Of a stretch of DNA of 64,000 nt, positions 30,146 to 39,862 are shown one piece after another; position 1 is the first letter of the stretch; each line of letters starts with the position of its first letter. Origin of the DNA: Tissierellia bacterium (GTDB lineage Bacteria > Bacillota > Clostridia > Tissierellales > Tissierellaceae); the NCBI GenBank assembly GCA_028708575.1, contig JAQVYQ010000001.1, forward strand, positions 116-64,115. Reading direction: 5' to 3'. A program made the translations under genes and the position numbers. The notes under the pieces are model-generated. The model was given only the letters and a program-made list of their open reading frames with translations, was not told the DNA's origin and did not search any database.

Positions 30146-31477
30146 TTGAGTACAATACTTGAAAATCTTACTTTTAAAGGTGGAGTTCATATTCCTGAGA
30201 ATAAAGACTTAACTAGTTCAAAAGCTATTGAAAGAGCTAGAGAGCCAAAAACAGTATATATACCTTTACAACAACATGTAGGCGCACCTTGTGAAGCCAT
30301 AGTAAAAGTTGGCGATAATGTAAAAGTAGGACAAAAAATTGGAGATTCAAAGGCAGGATTAACAGCACCAGTTCATTCTAGCGTATCTGGAGTAGTAAAG
30401 AGTATTAAAAAGATGCATACAACACAGGGGATAAAATGTGATTGTATTGAAATTGAATCAGATGGTCTAAACGAATTAGATGAATCAATAGGCGTTAAAG
30501 GCGATTTGACCAATCTTTCTAAGGAAGATATTGTAAACAAAATCAGAGAAGCAGGAATTGTAGGATTAGGTGGAGCCGGTTTCCCAACACATTCTAAATT
30601 GACTTCAGCTGCAGATAGCAATATAGATTCTTTTATACTTAATGGTGCAGAATGTGAACCATACTTAACATGTGATCACAGAATAATGATTGAAGAGCCA
30701 GAAAAGGTTATTTTTGGTCTTGAAGTTTTTATGAAATATTTTGATAATTGTGCTGGGTACATAGCTATTGAAGACAATAAAAAAGATGCTATTGATATTT
30801 TAAGCAAAGCATCTAATGACAAAAACATTAAAATTGCAAGTTTAAAAACTAAATTTCCACAAGGAGAATCATATAGGATAGTAGATTCTGTATTGAAAAG
30901 GGTTGTTCCTCAAGGTGGACGATGTAAGGATGCCAATTCAGTAGTAACAAATATTAATACTGCTTATGCTGTTGCTGAGGTAATTCAGGATAGTAAACCT
31001 TTATATGAAAGGGTAATTACAGTAACTGGAAGTGGCATTAAAGAGCCTAAGAATTTATTGGTCAAAATAGGTTCGACTATTGGTGAAATAATAGAGCAAT
31101 GTGGTGGCTTTAAAGGCAAACCTGGTAAAATAATTGCTGGTGGACCAATGACTGGAATAGCACAATATACACTTGATGCACCAATAGTTAAAGAAGTTTC
31201 TGGAATAGTCGTGTTTACAGAGGAAGAAGTAAAGATAGACAAAGTTCAACCATGTATAAAATGTGGTAAATGTATTGAAGTATGTCCTGTATTTTTAGAG
31301 CCATTATATATTTCAGCTTATTCTCTAGTTGGCAATATGGAAATGGCGGAAAAATATGATGCTTTAGCATGTGTATCTTGTGGAAGCTGTTCATATGCAT
31401 GTCCATCTAAACGTCCTCTTAAAGAATCAATTAATCATGCACAAAATGAAATAAAATCCAATAGAAAAAAATCGTAG
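30146..31477 (+). CDS. rnfC: Rnf electron transport complex subunit C
   Basis: TFKGGVH, GLGGAGFPT, NGAECEPYLTCD, two 4Fe-4S motifs (CIKCGKCIEVCP, CVSCGSCSYACP); GAGGTG RBS before TTG 30146 (ORF-track start 29993 is over-extended). Confidence 0.95.
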   Translation: MSTILENLTFKGGVHIPENKDLTSSKAIERAREPKTVYIPLQQHVGAPCEAIVKVGDNVKVGQKIGDSKAGLTAPVHSSVSGVVKSIKKMHTTQGIKCDCIEIESDGLNELDESIGVKGDLTNLSKEDIVNKIREAGIVGLGGAGFPTHSKLTSAADSNIDSFILNGAECEPYLTCDHRIMIEEPEKVIFGLEVFMKYFDNCAGYIAIEDNKKDAIDILSKASNDKNIKIASLKTKFPQGESYRIVDSVLKRVVPQGGRCKDANSVVTNINTAYAVAEVIQDSKPLYERVITVTGSGIKEPKNLLVKIGSTIGEIIEQCGGFKGKPGKIIAGGPMTGIAQYTLDAPIVKEVSGIVVFTEEEVKIDKVQPCIKCGKCIEVCPVFLEPLYISAYSLVGNMEMAEKYDALACVSCGSCSYACPSKRPLKESINHAQNEIKSNRKKS

Positions 31478-31504
31478 CTAATAGTAGCTTAAGGAGGAGA
31501 AAAA

Positions 31505-32473
31505 ATGGAAGGAATGAATCAAGATTCAGTAACCTTAGATAATTTGCTTATCGTATCAGAAGGTCCACATATCCGTTCTAACCAGACGGTTAGAAGAACA
31601 ATGTTAGATGTAATAATTGCTTTGGCACCTGCTATGGTAGGAAGTATATATTTCTTTGGCTTTGATGCTATAAGATTAATTTTAGTTTCTTGTATATCAT
31701 GTGTTGTTTTTGAAGCTGGTATCCAAAAGCTATTAAAAAGAGAAGTCAGAATAGGAGATTTAAGTGCAGTTGTTACTGGATTACTTTTAGCTTTTAACTT
31801 ACCAGCACCAACTCCATGGTGGGTTGCTGTATTTGGAGCTGCATTTGCAATTATTATTGTAAAGGAATTATTTGGAGGAATAGGTTCTAATTTTATGAAC
31901 CCTGCTTTAGGAGCAAGAGCTGCAATAATGGCGTCATGGCCAGAAATTGCAACAAATTATGTAAATCCAGATGGTATCAGTTCAGCGACACCTCTTGCTA
32001 TATTAAAAGCAGGAGAAGGGTCATTACCTTCATTACAAAGAATGTTTATTGGCGATATTGGTGGAGTTATTGGAGAAACATCGGCTTTATTATTATTAAT
32101 TGGCGCTGTTTATTTAATAATTAGAAAAGTAATAGATTGGAAAATTCCAGTATTTTATATAGGTACAACTGCTATTTTATTATTATTATTAGGCGTAGAA
32201 GCAAATAATATAATTTATCATATTTTAGCTGGAGGATTAATACTTGGAGCTTTCTTTATGGCTACTGATTATTCAACATCACCGGTTACGCCAAAGGGAA
32301 GAATAATCTTTGCTATAGGCTGTGGTTTATTAACTGCATTAATTAGAGTAAAAGGAAGTATGGCAGAATCAGTATCTTATTCTATACTTCTAATGAATGT
32401 AGCTGCTCCAGTTATTGAGAAATGGACTAAGCCAAGAGTATTTGGGGAGGTAAAGAAAAATGAAAGCCGTTAG
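31505..32473 (+). CDS. rnfD: Rnf subunit D
   Basis: GPHIR, DLSAVVTG, FGGIGSNFMNPAL, SSATPL (FMN-Thr), FFMATDYSTSP. Confidence 0.95.
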   Translation: MEGMNQDSVTLDNLLIVSEGPHIRSNQTVRRTMLDVIIALAPAMVGSIYFFGFDAIRLILVSCISCVVFEAGIQKLLKREVRIGDLSAVVTGLLLAFNLPAPTPWWVAVFGAAFAIIIVKELFGGIGSNFMNPALGARAAIMASWPEIATNYVNPDGISSATPLAILKAGEGSLPSLQRMFIGDIGGVIGETSALLLLIGAVYLIIRKVIDWKIPVFYIGTTAILLLLLGVEANNIIYHILAGGLILGAFFMATDYSTSPVTPKGRIIFAIGCGLLTALIRVKGSMAESVSYSILLMNVAAPVIEKWTKPRVFGEVKKNESR

Positions 32474-33035
32474 ATATGCATTAGTATTACTTATTGTAGG
32501 TGTGGTTGCAGGTGGAGTGTTAGCATACTCTAACAGTTTAACAGCGCCGATTATCGCAGAACAAGAGAAAGCAGGAAGTTTTGCAGCATTTCAAGAAATA
32601 TTTACAGATGCTGATGACTTTGTTGCTATAGATGAAGCATTACTTAGTAAAATAATTGCTCAACATGGAACTATACAGGAAATACTTGAAGTTAAATCAG
32701 GCGATGATATAGTTGCCTATGTGTTTAATACTATTTCAGGTGGATATGGTGGAGGAATTACAACAATATCAGGTTTTAATTTAGATGGTACTGTTGAGGG
32801 TATTAGAATAACTGAAAACTCAGAGACTCCTGGTTTGGGTACGAGAGTTGTTGATGACCCAGCTTATCAGGAATCATATATAGGTAAATCTATTTCAGAA
32901 GAATTAGTACTATCAGGTTCACCAGCTTCAGATAGTGAAGTATTATTACTTTCAGGAGCAACGGTTTCTTCACAAGGTGTACTTAATGGGGTAAATGACG
33001 CAAGAGAAGCTTTTGTTAACTTTCTTGCGAATTAG
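32460..33035 (+). CDS. rnfG: Rnf subunit G
   Basis: N-terminal anchor, GYGG, ETPGLG, SGAT (FMN-Thr). Confidence 0.93.
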   Translation: MKAVRYALVLLIVGVVAGGVLAYSNSLTAPIIAEQEKAGSFAAFQEIFTDADDFVAIDEALLSKIIAQHGTIQEILEVKSGDDIVAYVFNTISGGYGGGITTISGFNLDGTVEGIRITENSETPGLGTRVVDDPAYQESYIGKSISEELVLSGSPASDSEVLLLSGATVSSQGVLNGVNDAREAFVNFLAN

Positions 33036-33053
33036 TAATTGGAGGTGTCTAAT

Positions 33054-33656
33054 ATGAAATTTTCAGAAATAATTAAAAATGGGATAATTAATGAGAATCC
33101 AATTTTCGTTCAACTTGTAGGTATGTGTTCTGTACTAGCGGTTTCTTCTAGTGCTACTAATAGCTTAGCAATGGGTTTTTCTGTTATGGCAGTTTTAACT
33201 TGTTCTAATATTGTAATATCACTTTTAAGAAAGTTTATACCAGATGAGATTCGTATACCTGTATTTATTGTTGTAATAGCTACATTTGTTACTATAGTAG
33301 ATATGTTTTTAAAGGCATATGCACCAGATATATATGGTGCGCTAGGAATATTTATACCACTTATAGTTGTAAACTGTGTAATTTTAGCTAGAGCTGAAGC
33401 ATTTGCTTATTCTAACGGAGTTATTTTATCAGCTATAGATGGTCTAAGTATGGGTGTTGGTTTTACTTTAGCGATAACGATATTAGGTATTTTAAGAGAG
33501 TTTTTCGGTGCTGGATCAATATTTGGTATAGCTATATATGGTGAAAGTATGATAAAACCAGCAGGGATATTTGTTGCTGCGCCAGGGGCATTTATACTGT
33601 TAGGAATACTTGTAGGTATATTTAGAACATTGCAAAAGAAAGTAGCTGCAAATTAA
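33054..33656 (+). CDS. rnfE: Rnf subunit E
   Basis: ENPIFVQLVGMCSVLAV, IPLIVVNC, LGILRE; GGAGGTG RBS before ATG 33054. Confidence 0.95.
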   Translation: MKFSEIIKNGIINENPIFVQLVGMCSVLAVSSSATNSLAMGFSVMAVLTCSNIVISLLRKFIPDEIRIPVFIVVIATFVTIVDMFLKAYAPDIYGALGIFIPLIVVNCVILARAEAFAYSNGVILSAIDGLSMGVGFTLAITILGILREFFGAGSIFGIAIYGESMIKPAGIFVAAPGAFILLGILVGIFRTLQKKVAAN

Positions 33657-33680
33657 TATAAATAGAGGAGGAAGAATAAA

Positions 33681-34256
33681 ATGAGTAGTATTTTTACTAT
33701 ATTGATATCAACAATACTTGTCAACAACTACGTATTTGCTAAGTTCTTAGGGATCTGTCCTTTTCTAGGTGTATCTGGCAAAATGGAAACAGCTACTGGT
33801 ATGGGTGTTGCTGTAACATTTGTTACGACTTTAGCAGGTATAGTTACATATATATTACAAAAATATGTTCTTGATTCTTTAGGACTTGGATATTTACAAA
33901 CAATTGTATTTATACTAGTTATTGCTTCATTAGTACAATTTGTTGAAATGGCAATAAAAAAAATGAGCCCTACATTATATAATGCATTAGGAGTTTATTT
34001 ACCTTTAATCACAACAAATTGTATAGTATTAGGTGTTTCAATATTAAACATTCAAGAAGGTTATACATTGATTGAAACAATTACGAGTTCAGTTGGTGCT
34101 GCTCTGGGATTTTTCTTGGCATTGGTATTAATGGCAGGTTTAAGAGAAAAATTAGAACTTGCTGATATACCGGAGGCATTAGAAGGATTTCCAATTACGT
34201 TGATAGCTACTGGTTTAATGTCCATTGCCTTTTCAGGCTTTGCTGGACTTGTTTAG
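33681..34256 (+). CDS. rnfA: Rnf subunit A
   Basis: NNYVFAKFLGICPFLGVS, LPLITTNC, LMAGLRE. Confidence 0.96.
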   Translation: MSSIFTILISTILVNNYVFAKFLGICPFLGVSGKMETATGMGVAVTFVTTLAGIVTYILQKYVLDSLGLGYLQTIVFILVIASLVQFVEMAIKKMSPTLYNALGVYLPLITTNCIVLGVSILNIQEGYTLIETITSSVGAALGFFLALVLMAGLREKLELADIPEALEGFPITLIATGLMSIAFSGFAGLV

Positions 34257-34267
34257 GGGGTGAAGAT

Positions 34268-35086
34268 ATGACAGATATAATTAATCCTGTATTGGTATTA
34301 GGGAGTCTAGCTGCAGCTTTTGGCGTAATATTAGCAATTGCATCAAAGGTATTCTTTGTTCCTACTGATCCAAAGGTTGCACAATTACAAAATGTTTTAC
34401 CAGGAGCTAATTGCGGTGCATGTGGTTATCCAGGATGTTCTGGCTTAGCAAATGCATTAGCAGCAGGAAAAGCACCAGTAAATGCATGTAGTATTGGTGG
34501 TCAAAAAGTCGCAGATTTGGTAGCTGATATTTTAGGAGCCGATTCTGCAGATATAGATAAAGAAGTTGCTGTTGTTTTATGCCAAGGCGATTGTGATAAA
34601 GCCAAAGATAAGTATATATATGAAGGAATACAAGATTGTAGAATATCAGATAAACTATCAGATGGACAAAAATCTTGTTCATATGGATGTTTAGGATGTG
34701 GAACTTGTCGAGATGTATGTCAATTTGATGCTATTGATATGATTAACGGTATAGCATATATTGATAGAGAAAAATGCACAGCTTGTAGAAAATGTGTTGA
34801 AGTTTGTCCTAAACATATAATCGAAATGGTACCTTATGATAATCATGTAGCAGTAAAATGTAAGAGTGAAGATCCAGGTAAAGTTGTTAGAGGCAACTGT
34901 GAAATAGGATGTATCGGATGTAAAATATGCGTTAAAAATTGTCCAGAAGATGCATTTTCATTTGAAAATAATCTTGCAAAGATTAATTATGAGAAGTGTA
35001 CAAACTGTTTAGTATGTGTAGAAAAATGTCCTACAAAATGTATCAATCTTATGGTCGAAGAAGAATCTGATAATATAGCAATTTAA
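34268..35086 (+). CDS. rnfB: Rnf subunit B (polyferredoxin)
   Basis: LPGANCGACGYPGC plus several CxxCxxCxxxCP motifs. Confidence 0.95.
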   Translation: MTDIINPVLVLGSLAAAFGVILAIASKVFFVPTDPKVAQLQNVLPGANCGACGYPGCSGLANALAAGKAPVNACSIGGQKVADLVADILGADSADIDKEVAVVLCQGDCDKAKDKYIYEGIQDCRISDKLSDGQKSCSYGCLGCGTCRDVCQFDAIDMINGIAYIDREKCTACRKCVEVCPKHIIEMVPYDNHVAVKCKSEDPGKVVRGNCEIGCIGCKICVKNCPEDAFSFENNLAKINYEKCTNCLVCVEKCPTKCINLMVEEESDNIAI

Positions 35087-35099
35087 AAACTGGAATTTA

Positions 35100-35128
35100 A
35101 GAACGAGACCTTGTGGTCTCGTTTTTTT
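35100..35128 (+). terminator. Intrinsic terminator after rnfB
   Basis: AACGAGACC-ttgt-GGTCTCGTT-TTTTT. Confidence 0.9.
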
Positions 35129-35168
35129 ATATTGTAACTTGTAAATGAAATACAGAAATGATAAACTA

Positions 35169-35198
35169 TACAATATGATAATGACTTATCATATTGTA
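35169..35198. promoter_or_regulatory. Perfect 13-4-13 inverted repeat, candidate operator
   Basis: TACAATATGATAA-tgac-TTATCATATTGTA abutting the SD of the NusG-II gene. Confidence 0.6.
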
Positions 35199-35202
35199 AA
35201 GG

Positions 35203-35592
35203 GTGATATTTTTGACAAAAGGAGACAAATTGTTAATTGTCTTTATAATTTTAATCAGTTTTTCTTTCATGGGGTATATTCAAATGCAAGCATTTTCGAA
35301 GGATGAAAAATATGTAAGCATTCAGGTGAATGGTGAAGAGATAAAGAGATTTATTTTCGATTCCAAATTAGTTGGGCAAACTATACCTATTGAAACTGAA
35401 TATGGTTATAATCTTGTAGAGATAGGCGATAAAGAAGTCAGAGTTATAGAAGCTGATTGTCCAGATAAAATAGACGTTAAACAAGGGTATATATCAAATA
35501 TTGGGGAAACTATAGTTTGTTTACCCAATAGATTAGTAATTGAAATCAAAGGAATAGAAAACAGCTCGGAGACTGACATTATTGTCCGCTAG
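35203..35592 (+). CDS. NusG domain II-containing protein (DUF1312-like); likely start TTG 35212
   Basis: TKGDK + N-terminal TM, ADCPDKIDV, IVCLPNRLVIEI. Confidence 0.85.
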   Translation: MIFLTKGDKLLIVFIILISFSFMGYIQMQAFSKDEKYVSIQVNGEEIKRFIFDSKLVGQTIPIETEYGYNLVEIGDKEVRVIEADCPDKIDVKQGYISNIGETIVCLPNRLVIEIKGIENSSETDIIVR

Positions 35593-35604
35593 GAAGAGGA
35601 AAAT

Positions 35605-36123
35605 ATGAATAAATTACATAGAATGATATTTATTTCAATATTAGTGGCTATAGGACTAGCATTAAGTGTTTTAGAATCAGCAATCCCTTTACCAATTGCA
35701 ATGCCAGGAGCAAGATTAGGTTTATCAAATATAGTTGTATTAGTTTCAATTGTAGTATTTGGTTTTAAAGATGGGTTAAAAGTATCAGCATTAAAAAGTA
35801 CTGTCCTTATGTTAGTAACTGGAAGCGTATCTAGCTTTATTTATAGTATTTTTGGGGCAATACTAAGCTGTATAATGATGTATATTGCCTATAGATATAT
35901 GAGTAAAATATTCAGCCTTATAGGAGTAAGCATAATTGGAGCAGTATCACATAATTTTGCTCAAGTCTCGGTTGCTTCTTTTGTAATGAATAACTTTCGT
36001 ATCTTTTCATATCTTCCATTTTTAATGCTTATTGGATTGTTTACAGGATATTTTGTAGGCTTAGCATCTATATATATTGTTAAAAATCTAAAGAAAAATT
36101 TCAGAGAAGTTTTTGAAAGGTAA
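35605..36123 (+). CDS. Gx transporter family / heptaprenyl-PP synthase component I-like membrane protein
   Basis: LESAIPLP, PGARLGLSN, SHNFAQ motifs; all-TM. Confidence 0.88.
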   Translation: MNKLHRMIFISILVAIGLALSVLESAIPLPIAMPGARLGLSNIVVLVSIVVFGFKDGLKVSALKSTVLMLVTGSVSSFIYSIFGAILSCIMMYIAYRYMSKIFSLIGVSIIGAVSHNFAQVSVASFVMNNFRIFSYLPFLMLIGLFTGYFVGLASIYIVKNLKKNFREVFER

Positions 36124-36713
36124 TGATGGTAATGGAGCGAATTGTTTTAGCATCAGGCTCTCCAAGAAGAAGAGAGATTATGGAAAAGTATAATATAGAC
36201 TTAATTGTAGAAAAGAGTAATGTGGATGAGAATATAAATAGAGGTGAAACTCCAGAACAAGTTTCCATGACATTATCCTTAATAAAAGCTTTAGATGTAA
36301 GCAATAGATTTCCTAAAGATATTGTCATAGGCGCTGACACAATTGTTGTAGTAGATGGCAAAATACTAGGAAAGCCCAAAGGTAAAGAAGATGCCTATGA
36401 CATGCTTAATATCCTTAGTGGGAGAATTCATGAGGTAATTACAGGGGTAGCCTTAATTAAGGCTGATATGAATATAAAAATCATAGATTATGAAAAAACA
36501 AGAGTAAAGTTCAGGAAACTAACTGATGATATGATTTATAGATATATTGGTACAAATGAACCTTTTGATAAAGCAGGAGCATATGCAATTCAAGGAGTAG
36601 GTCAAATACTTGTGGAAAATATTGATGGTTGTTTTTTTAATGTAGTTGGGTTACCATTAACCAAAATAGACAAACTTTTAAGCAAGTATTTTAATTGTTA
36701 CATTTTAAAATAG
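36123..36713 (+). CDS. maf: Maf family nucleoside triphosphate pyrophosphatase
   Basis: LASGSPRR, IGADTIV, LGKP, DKAGAYAIQ, NVVGLP. Confidence 0.95.
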   Translation: MMVMERIVLASGSPRRREIMEKYNIDLIVEKSNVDENINRGETPEQVSMTLSLIKALDVSNRFPKDIVIGADTIVVVDGKILGKPKGKEDAYDMLNILSGRIHEVITGVALIKADMNIKIIDYEKTRVKFRKLTDDMIYRYIGTNEPFDKAGAYAIQGVGQILVENIDGCFFNVVGLPLTKIDKLLSKYFNCYILK

Positions 36714-36731
36714 GAAAAAGCAGGTGTATAA

Positions 36732-37439
36732 ATGAATGGTAAAATATTAAATGAAAATAGTTATACTATTAAAGATTTACCTATCAGTGAAAGACCTAGG
36801 GAAAAAATGTACAGTCAAGGTGTCCATGCATTATCTAATGCAGAATTATTAGCAGTTATTATTGGTTCTGGTAGCAAAGGAGATACAGCTATTGATTTAG
36901 CTAGAAGGATTTTAAGTTTAGACAATCGTGGTATTGCATTACTTTCTGATGTATCTTTGGAAGAACTGATAGAACTTAAAGGCATTGGACTTTCTAAAGC
37001 TTGTCAAGTTTTAGCTGCCATTGAAATTGGGAAAAGACTAAATAAAGTAGGACCCCACGATAAAGTTAGAATTACCAATCCATCCATAGTGGCAGATATT
37101 TTAATGGATGAAATGAGGTATTTAAATAAAGAATATTTTAAAATAGCTATATTAGACACTAAAAATCAAATTTTATCAATTGAAAACATTTCTGTAGGAA
37201 CATTAAATGCATCAATAGTTCATCCTAGAGATGTTTTTAAAGTTGCAATTAAGAGAAATGCAAATTCTATAATATTAATACATAACCACCCAAGTGGTGA
37301 TACTAAACCAAGTGGCGAAGATATTAGTATAACTAATAGATTGATTGATGCTGGCAATTTACTTGGTATTCGAGTATTAGACCATATTATTATAGGGGAT
37401 AATACATTTTTAAGTTTTAAAGAAAAAAATTTAATTTGA
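36732..37439 (+). CDS. radC: RadC family JAB-domain protein
   Basis: [34 protein letters not shown]. Confidence 0.95.
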   Translation: MNGKILNENSYTIKDLPISERPREKMYSQGVHALSNAELLAVIIGSGSKGDTAIDLARRILSLDNRGIALLSDVSLEELIELKGIGLSKACQVLAAIEIGKRLNKVGPHDKVRITNPSIVADILMDEMRYLNKEYFKIAILDTKNQILSIENISVGTLNASIVHPRDVFKVAIKRNANSIILIHNHPSGDTKPSGEDISITNRLIDAGNLLGIRVLDHIIIGDNTFLSFKEKNLI

Positions 37440-37449
37440 CATATGGAAG

Positions 37450-38490
37450 GTGAAGAAAATGGGTTTACTAAGTGGTTTTAGTAAAGATATGGGCATAGAT
37501 TTAGGAACTGCCAATACACTAGTTTTTTTGAAAGGAAAAGGTATAGTTGCTCGTGAACCATCAGTAGTGGCTATACAATCAAATACAAATCAAGTTCTTG
37601 CAGTAGGTGAAGAGGCAAAAAAGATGATAGGTAGAACACCAGGTAATATTATTGCAATTAGACCATTGAAGGATGGAGTAATAGCAGACTTTGACATTAC
37701 TCAAAGTATGTTGAAATATTTTTTAGGTAAAGCAATGCAAAGAAAGTCAATATTTCAGCCAAGAGTAGTTGTTTGTGTACCAAGTGGTGTTACAGAAGTA
37801 GAAAAACGTGCTGTAGAAGAGGCTGCTATTCATGCTGGAGCAAAAGAAGCATTTCTTATTGAAGAGCCAATGGCAGCGGCTATTGGTGCAGGATTACCAG
37901 TTCAAGAGCCAACAGGTAGTATGGTAGTTGACATTGGTGGTGGAACTACAGAAGTAGCAATTATTTCCTTAGGCGGTATAGTGACTAGTAAATCAATTAG
38001 AGTTGCTGGTGATGAAATGGATTCAGCTATAGTAACATATATAAAAAGAGAATATAATCTGATGATAGGAGATAGAACATCAGAAGATATTAAGATAAAA
38101 ATAGGTTCTGCTGATAATGAGTCAGAAGTTACAAGAATGGATGTAACAGGTAGAGATTTAGTCAGTGGATTACCTAAAACATTAGAAATAACATCTAAAG
38201 AAATTTATGATGCTTTAAGAGAGACGGTAGTGAATATAATAGATGCTATAAAGTCCACATTAGAAAAAACGCCTCCAGAATTAGCATCAGACGTTATGGA
38301 ACAAGGAATAATGTTAACAGGTGGTGGAGCATTACTTAATGGACTCGATAGATTAATAATGAGAGAAACAGGGATGCCTGTCCATATTGCTGAGGATCCT
38401 TTGGATTGTGTTGCAATTGGAACTGGAAAGTCATTAGATAGTATTGATATATTGAAAAAGACGGTGAATAATTATAAAAGAAGGAACTAA
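37450..38490 (+). CDS. mreB: Rod shape-determining protein MreB
   Basis: [36 protein letters not shown]. Confidence 0.97.
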   Translation: MKKMGLLSGFSKDMGIDLGTANTLVFLKGKGIVAREPSVVAIQSNTNQVLAVGEEAKKMIGRTPGNIIAIRPLKDGVIADFDITQSMLKYFLGKAMQRKSIFQPRVVVCVPSGVTEVEKRAVEEAAIHAGAKEAFLIEEPMAAAIGAGLPVQEPTGSMVVDIGGGTTEVAIISLGGIVTSKSIRVAGDEMDSAIVTYIKREYNLMIGDRTSEDIKIKIGSADNESEVTRMDVTGRDLVSGLPKTLEITSKEIYDALRETVVNIIDAIKSTLEKTPPELASDVMEQGIMLTGGGALLNGLDRLIMRETGMPVHIAEDPLDCVAIGTGKSLDSIDILKKTVNNYKRRN

Positions 38491-38501
38491 GCGGTGATTA
38501 T

Positions 38502-39338
38502 ATGCATTTTTTAAAGAAATACAAGAACAGGATATTAATAATATTAGTCATCATTATTATGCTTACTATTATAAGTAATACAAGTGATGAGAGAAATGCT
38601 ATAACAATAGCAGAAAAAATTGTAGGCAATCTGTTAACGCCTATTAGTAAAGTTACCTATAGTATAGGTAATAATGTGGCCGATTATTTTGGTTCCGTAT
38701 TTGATTTTATTAATGCAAAAGAAGAAAATGATATGCTAAAGGAGCATGTATCTGCTCTGGAAAGTCATATTAGAGATTTAGAAAATATAATTGGTAAGAC
38801 TGATTATTTGAGAAATGAAGCTGAAATTTTGAAGGAAACTAAACATACAACTGTTTCCAGCCAAATAGTTGGCATGGAACCTGGAAATTGGTATTATCGA
38901 TTTACGATAGATAAAGGTAGTAATGAGCGTATTGTTAAGGGTGCAACAGTCATCCAAGGTGTTGAAGTTGAACAAGGTGTATTTCAAGAAGGTATTGTTG
39001 GACGAGTTGTAGATGTAGGGGATAATTGGTCCAAAGTCATATCTATTGTTGATGAGCTAAGTAGCGTCTCTTTCAAAGTAATAAGAACACAAGATGGCGG
39101 TGTCTTATCTGGTAGTATAGAAGGGACTGTTAGTGGTTACTTATTTGACAATGAAGCCGATGTCATAGTAGGGGATAAGTTGTATACTTCTGGCCTTGGT
39201 GGTACATATGTAAAGGATATATATATTGGAGAAGTGAGTGATGTAGAAAGTAGTGAAAAGGAACTTACTAAAAGAATAACAATTACACCAGCAATAGATT
39301 TTAAAAAGTTATATAAAGTCCTTGTTATTATTGATTGA
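38502..39338 (+). CDS. mreC: Rod shape-determining protein MreC
   Basis: N-terminal TM, coiled coil, IDKGS, GRVV, TSGLGG; position after mreB. Confidence 0.92.
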   Translation: MHFLKKYKNRILIILVIIIMLTIISNTSDERNAITIAEKIVGNLLTPISKVTYSIGNNVADYFGSVFDFINAKEENDMLKEHVSALESHIRDLENIIGKTDYLRNEAEILKETKHTTVSSQIVGMEPGNWYYRFTIDKGSNERIVKGATVIQGVEVEQGVFQEGIVGRVVDVGDNWSKVISIVDELSSVSFKVIRTQDGGVLSGSIEGTVSGYLFDNEADVIVGDKLYTSGLGGTYVKDIYIGEVSDVESSEKELTKRITITPAIDFKKLYKVLVIID

Positions 39339-39358
39339 TTTAAGGGGTATGATTTACT

Positions 39359-39850
39359 ATGCTAATTATTCTTGTAATAATATTGAATTTAATAATACAA
39401 AGCACAATACTACCTTATTTTTCTATAATGGGAGTGGTTCCAAATACTTCTTTAGTATTATTAGTTCTGATTTCTCTTGCCAAAGGTAAGGTTTATGGCA
39501 GCGTGTCTGGCTTAATAATAGGAATGTTACAAGATATAATGTTCTCTGTTACATTAGGTATTAACTCTCTAATTTATTTTCTTATTGGATATTTTATCGG
39601 ATTTATAGAAGATACGTTTGCTAGAGATAATATTATTAATCCAATTATTTTCACTGCTTCAAGCACTATGTTTTATAATATTGTATATTCGATTTTTTTA
39701 TATTTCTTATCAATAAAAATTACTTTTACAGAAGTGATATCAGCTACCTTTTCTGTAGAGATAGTATACAATTGTTTAATTTCTGTAATTGTATATAAAT
39801 TATTTCGGAGATTTATTTTGGAACCTAAAATTAGATTTAGTAAGAGGTAG
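39359..39850 (+). CDS. mreD: Rod shape-determining protein MreD
   Basis: QSTI, PN, GMLQD, multi-TM; position after mreC. Confidence 0.9.
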   Translation: MLIILVIILNLIIQSTILPYFSIMGVVPNTSLVLLVLISLAKGKVYGSVSGLIIGMLQDIMFSVTLGINSLIYFLIGYFIGFIEDTFARDNIINPIIFTASSTMFYNIVYSIFLYFLSIKITFTEVISATFSVEIVYNCLISVIVYKLFRRFILEPKIRFSKR

Positions 39851-39862
39851 AGGTGAAAGAAG

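Noticed and set aside
36732-37439. radC as a mobile-element or anti-restriction marker
   Set aside because: It is the full-length chromosomal copy in the standard maf-radC-mreBCD context
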